Shown here one piece after another: positions 62,593-64,000 of a stretch of 64,000 bases of DNA. Within the stretch, counting starts at the first letter, position 1, and each line of letters opens with the position of its first letter. The notes beneath the pieces are model-generated. The model ran no database searches. It saw nothing but the letters and a program-made list of their open reading frames with translations, and was not told where the DNA came from. Both the position numbers and the translations under genes were made by a program. Source of the DNA: Neodothiora populina (Eukaryota); NCBI RefSeq assembly GCF_041146345.1, contig NW_027191414.1, positions 434,001-498,000 on the forward strand, given 5' to 3'.

Positions 62593-63955
62593 ATGTTCTC
62601 CCCTATCGTACAGCTTTGCGCTGTCGCAGGTCTAGCCTCGGCGACCAACCTTTTCGTCTCATCCTATGACGGTAACATCACCACACTGTCTTTGACCGAG
62701 ACAAATGGATCATATAACCTTGGGAAAACATACTCCAATGATGGCTGTGCGCCGAATCCTTCTTGGCTTACTCTAGACTATGGTCATGGCGTTCTGTACT
62801 GCTTGGATGAGGGTCTAACCACCGTAAATGGCACCTTGAGCTCTTTCACCATTGGCGCCAACGGTGAATTAGATCTTGTGGAGAAGAAAGACACCATCAA
62901 CGGACCCGTCAGTGGAATCGTTTATGGCAATCCTGCCACAGGCAAGAGAGCGATTGCCCTGGCTCATTAGTACGTGATCTTGCCCTTGTATCGTACCCCT
63001 CTTGCATGGATGTCTGACAGAATATACAGCGTTGGAAGTGCCGTGAGTAGCTGGACTCTGAGTCCCTCGAGCAACGGAAACTTCACTTTCAACGAAGCAT
63101 TCACGTACGAGCTGGACCAACCTGGTCCAAATGCCCAGCGTCAGGATGCACCTCACGAGCACGAGGCAGTGGTCGACCCAACAGGGCAATTCATCCTGGT
63201 TCCTGATCTCGGCGCTGATGTTGTCCGTGTCTTCTCTATCGACCCAGACACCCTCAAGCTCACGCCCGAATCGCCACTCGAGGTCACACCAGGATCTGGT
63301 CCTCGCCACATTGCTTTCTACAACCCTCACAGCACCGTGTGCAAGACTTGCACGAGCTACATGTTCCTTGTCACCGAGCTCACCAACCGCGTCATCAGCT
63401 ATCGTCTGAGCTACCCTGCTGCTGGCGGCATGTCGTTCACCGAGGCTTTTAACATCAGCACCTTTGGTGACAACGCTGTTCCCGTTAACAACACTGCTGC
63501 CGAGATTGAGGTTTCTGTAAGTCTTTCCCACGTGTATCCTCGGTATCCTGCCTTGGCACTATATTCACCTCGCAGAAGAAGTGACGATAGACTACTGACT
63601 CACTCTTCAGCCCGACAACCGCTTCCTCATCGTCTCAAACCGAAACAACACCATCTTCAACCTGCCCAACCCAGACTACCCAACAAACAAGACCGAGATC
63701 CCCTCGGACGCCATCTCGACCTACCAGATCAACAAGGCCGATGGCTCCCTGACTCACACTCAGCTCTGGCCCGCCGGCGGCTTCTTTCCTCGTTCTTTCA
63801 GCATTAGCAAGGCCGGAGACTTGGTTGCTGTTGGCTTGCAGTACAGTAGCGAGGTCGTCATCTTGAGTCGTGATGTCGCTAGTGGCAATTTGGGAAGGCC
63901 GGTTGCGGCTATAGCGATTGATGGACAGGTCACTTCTGTTGTGTGGAATGAGTAG
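62593..63955 (+). CDS. Secreted 6-phosphogluconolactonase-like beta-propeller (YkgB-type)
   Basis: Signal peptide, NPSWL, RQDAPHEHEAVVDPTG, VPDLGADVVR, GSGPRH, PDNRFLIVSNR, FPRSF; 2 introns; TAG 63955. Confidence 0.88.
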
Positions 63956-64000
63956 AATGGCATGAAATATATGGTTTCTATAAAGGGTGATAACACCAAG

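Noticed and set aside
1..64000. Transposable elements or RIP-degraded repeats
   Set aside because: No transposase, RT or integrase motifs, LTRs/TIRs or long AT-rich tracts were recognised

Overview
This is a eukaryotic, gene-dense window from a filamentous ascomycete (Pezizomycotina; probably Dothideomycete-like, which is inference only). Genes have short GT-AG introns with CTRAC-type branch sites. It holds about 28 protein genes, a kinase pseudogene, one dispersed 5S rRNA gene and two divergently oriented intron-containing tRNA-Leu(CAA) genes. Most of 1-47 kb is housekeeping: GST, GFA-domain protein, AhpC/TSA-like protein, NOSIP, tafazzin, NC2-alpha, EPT1/CPT1, NIPSNAP, Mae1, PMT1, Prp21, Ipi3 and a RING/RS protein. 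A small accessory-looking patch lies at 35.5-41.4 kb. The main find is a compact uracil-catabolism (URC/urg-type) cluster at about 47.7-56.6 kb: URC1/urg1, URC4/urg3 and a UPRT (URC6/urg2-like). It is joined by a diverged CoA-acylating malonate/methylmalonate-semialdehyde dehydrogenase and a beta-propeller lactonase, and it has a dense GATA array in its divergent promoter. This suggests an oxidative variant of the URC pathway. Other notable items are a structurally conserved tRNA intron, an 11-bp-period minisatellite upstream of the 5S gene, and CTD-like YxPxSP repeats in NC2-alpha. Exon boundaries were read by eye and family calls come from motif recognition, not database searches.
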